Made by a program: the position numbers and the translations under genes. The notes under the pieces are model-generated. The model searched no databases. It worked only from the letters and a program-made list of their open reading frames with translations, and had not been told where the DNA came from. A stretch of DNA of 64,000 nucleotides from assembly GCF_023055435.1 (NCBI RefSeq), contig NW_025963846.1:17422001-17486000 (forward strand). Direction: 5' to 3'. This DNA comes from Haliotis rufescens. Its lineage: Eukaryota. Of this stretch, positions 61,883-64,000 are shown in pieces (position 1 is the first letter of the stretch; each line of letters opens with the position of its first letter).

Positions 61883-64000
61883 CTGAAAAAGAATAATAGA
61901 TATTGGAGTTGTTGTTGAGATCAGTGAAATTATTAGAGAATTATAATATGTGAGATGCGAAGGGAATGGTACAATTTGTACATGAATTTTTAATAAAATC
62001 CAGATGAAATGTAGGTATGTACTTGCAAAAACATTGCTAAATTTGGGTCAACATAATTAGAATAATTTTCACCTGAATAAAAGCGCAAAAATACAATGAA
62101 TGCCCCAACATGCAGTGCATCATACATGTTATCTGTGTACATGCAATGACTAAGCTCTCACGTAATCATGGTAACATTACAATTCCTGATTGATATTAAC
62201 GTACGCTTTACCTAGCTTCAATCATGTCAGTCATGACAATATAGAACTCTTTTCCCCATGTTCACAATGGTTATGAATATCTGTGACAAAACTTTGTGAT
62301 GCTTTAACAATAACATAAAACATTTTATTGAATTATACATCTGTATCACAGCATGGCCAATGTAGGCAAATAATAACATAAACACAGATCTACTACTAAC
62401 ATTCTCATAGCTATGCTTTATTGTATGGAATTGAGAACCATTACAATTTACATCATTATGTTCATATCAGACTGATACAGCACCCTAACCCATCATCCAA
62501 ACACCAAAACACATTCACAAGAGCATACACAGACATACAAGTTGATGGTGCAACATATTGCCGTCATGGCAAAATTATTCCACATGTTCATCTATCATCC
62601 AAATAATAGTTATTAAACCACATAGGTACAACATCACTTTTGAAAACATCTAAGCTTGATAGAACATATGGACAACATCTAGCTGTACTATATGTACTGT
62701 TGAAACAAATTGCATGTACTGAGAGAGAGTTTGGACATTCAAACATCACCACCACTTCACAAGCTTGCAGTAGGACTTTCAATAATCCAAGAACTCATAG
62801 TCAATCTGTTCTGTTCTCTGTCAAGGGTGTGGATCAGCAGCAGGCATGGACACCATGGTCATTTCTTTAAATATGAGTTTTCAAAACACACACATGCCCT
62901 GTATATTCTTCATCAGAAGTGCCCTTGTATCTGTTCTAGTTAGTTGTCACAGGCACAGTTAGTTGTTGGATATATTTTAGGTGCTCTGCATGTTGGAACA
63001 CTTAACTATTAGCATGGGCAGTATTAAAAGCTATATCTATTCATAAGGTTGAACAAACTTTCTATATATTAAACATACTAAAAGTATCCAAAATTTAATT
63101 TATCATGGTTACTATTCATCAATGTTCGAAATTAAGGGGGGTCCTTGAGGTTTGAGGATAACATGGATACAGACACAGTGAAATTTGGAATTACCATAAT
63201 GATATGTATCTGACAATGTTCTGCTCAATATAGCACGGCATCTACCAGAAAGGGTGCACCCACTGGAAAGCAGCACATTGTTTCTTGGGAGTAACTGGTG
63301 AAATCATTGTGGATGCCTCCTTCACATAGCTTCAGTACAACTATGCATTGAGATAAGTACATTGTATCGGTAGTTGCTGGTTTGACTCTATTTTCATTAG
63401 ATTCTGTATGGTGTGACCACCATTATAATGTCTAGTGAGTTAACATTTAGGAGTTAGTTAATACAGCTGCTGGTTTAGTCAGTATGACATGCATATATTG
63501 ACCCTTTATCACGTTTATGCTTATATTGTGTGTGGAAACTAGATCCTGAGAAACTAGGCAGCACATGTCCTGTAGCCATGGTAGCAATTTAACAAACGTT
63601 ACTAATATCCTTCAGGTGACCCGATATGTCTTAACTTAAATAGTTTGCCTATATGCTCTAATTATTTGTGCATGTGTTACTTTTTATGATTCATTGTCCT
63701 GTAGATTGAGGTGAGAGGTCATATAGTTGATGTGCCAGCATGTTTGACATGTTTAGGTGGACTAGTCATAAATACACATTATCTCAGACTTGCAGTTTGA
63801 GCTAAACATCATGGATACATGCTTTGTTCATGGGTATTCAGAAACTTCTACAGAAGAAATTTCTCTCAAAATGTCTTATTCAATAACCACAGATTCTGTA
63901 ATTGAGGTCTGTGATGTGGCCAAGTCTGGCGCAGGCTTAAAGTACCTGCAAGTGGTAACACAATGACTTAGCTGTGGTACAGATACGCAAGTCCACCACA

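Noticed and set aside
62000-64000. Further upstream PKA-RII exons (linker, inhibitor site, D/D domain)
   Set aside because: No matching peptide with splice sites was found by eye; probably outside the window

Overview
Repeat-rich eukaryotic genomic DNA from an invertebrate animal. The SINE and minisatellite style suggests a mollusc, possibly a gastropod such as abalone, but this is inference only. Two convergent intron-containing genes were reconstructed by hand. (1) Minus strand, 45677-61882: nine 3' coding exons of a cAMP-dependent protein kinase type II regulatory subunit (PKA-RII), covering both cAMP-binding domains; the N-terminal exons were not found and probably lie beyond 64000. (2) Plus strand, 10483-35352: eight phase-compatible exons encoding about 447 aa of a low-complexity, Pro/Ser/Thr-rich C-terminal tail of an unrecognised protein. 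The tail carries four YEN motifs, an ITIM-like SVYSEI, an SH3-type PELPSR, NPF and a terminal PDZ-type KTYM*. A possible alternative hydrophobic (GPI-signal-like) terminal exon lies at 7301-7377. The first 36 kb holds about a dozen minisatellite arrays, including a 20-bp G-rich array and a 30-bp array of RFX X-box-like sites. The window also contains several SINE families, MITEs with TSDs, a dead Tc1 transposase, a LINE fragment, a probable AcademH deletion derivative and degenerate hammerhead-like motifs. Most ORFs in the supplied track are repeat artefacts. There is no CRISPR array or prokaryotic system.
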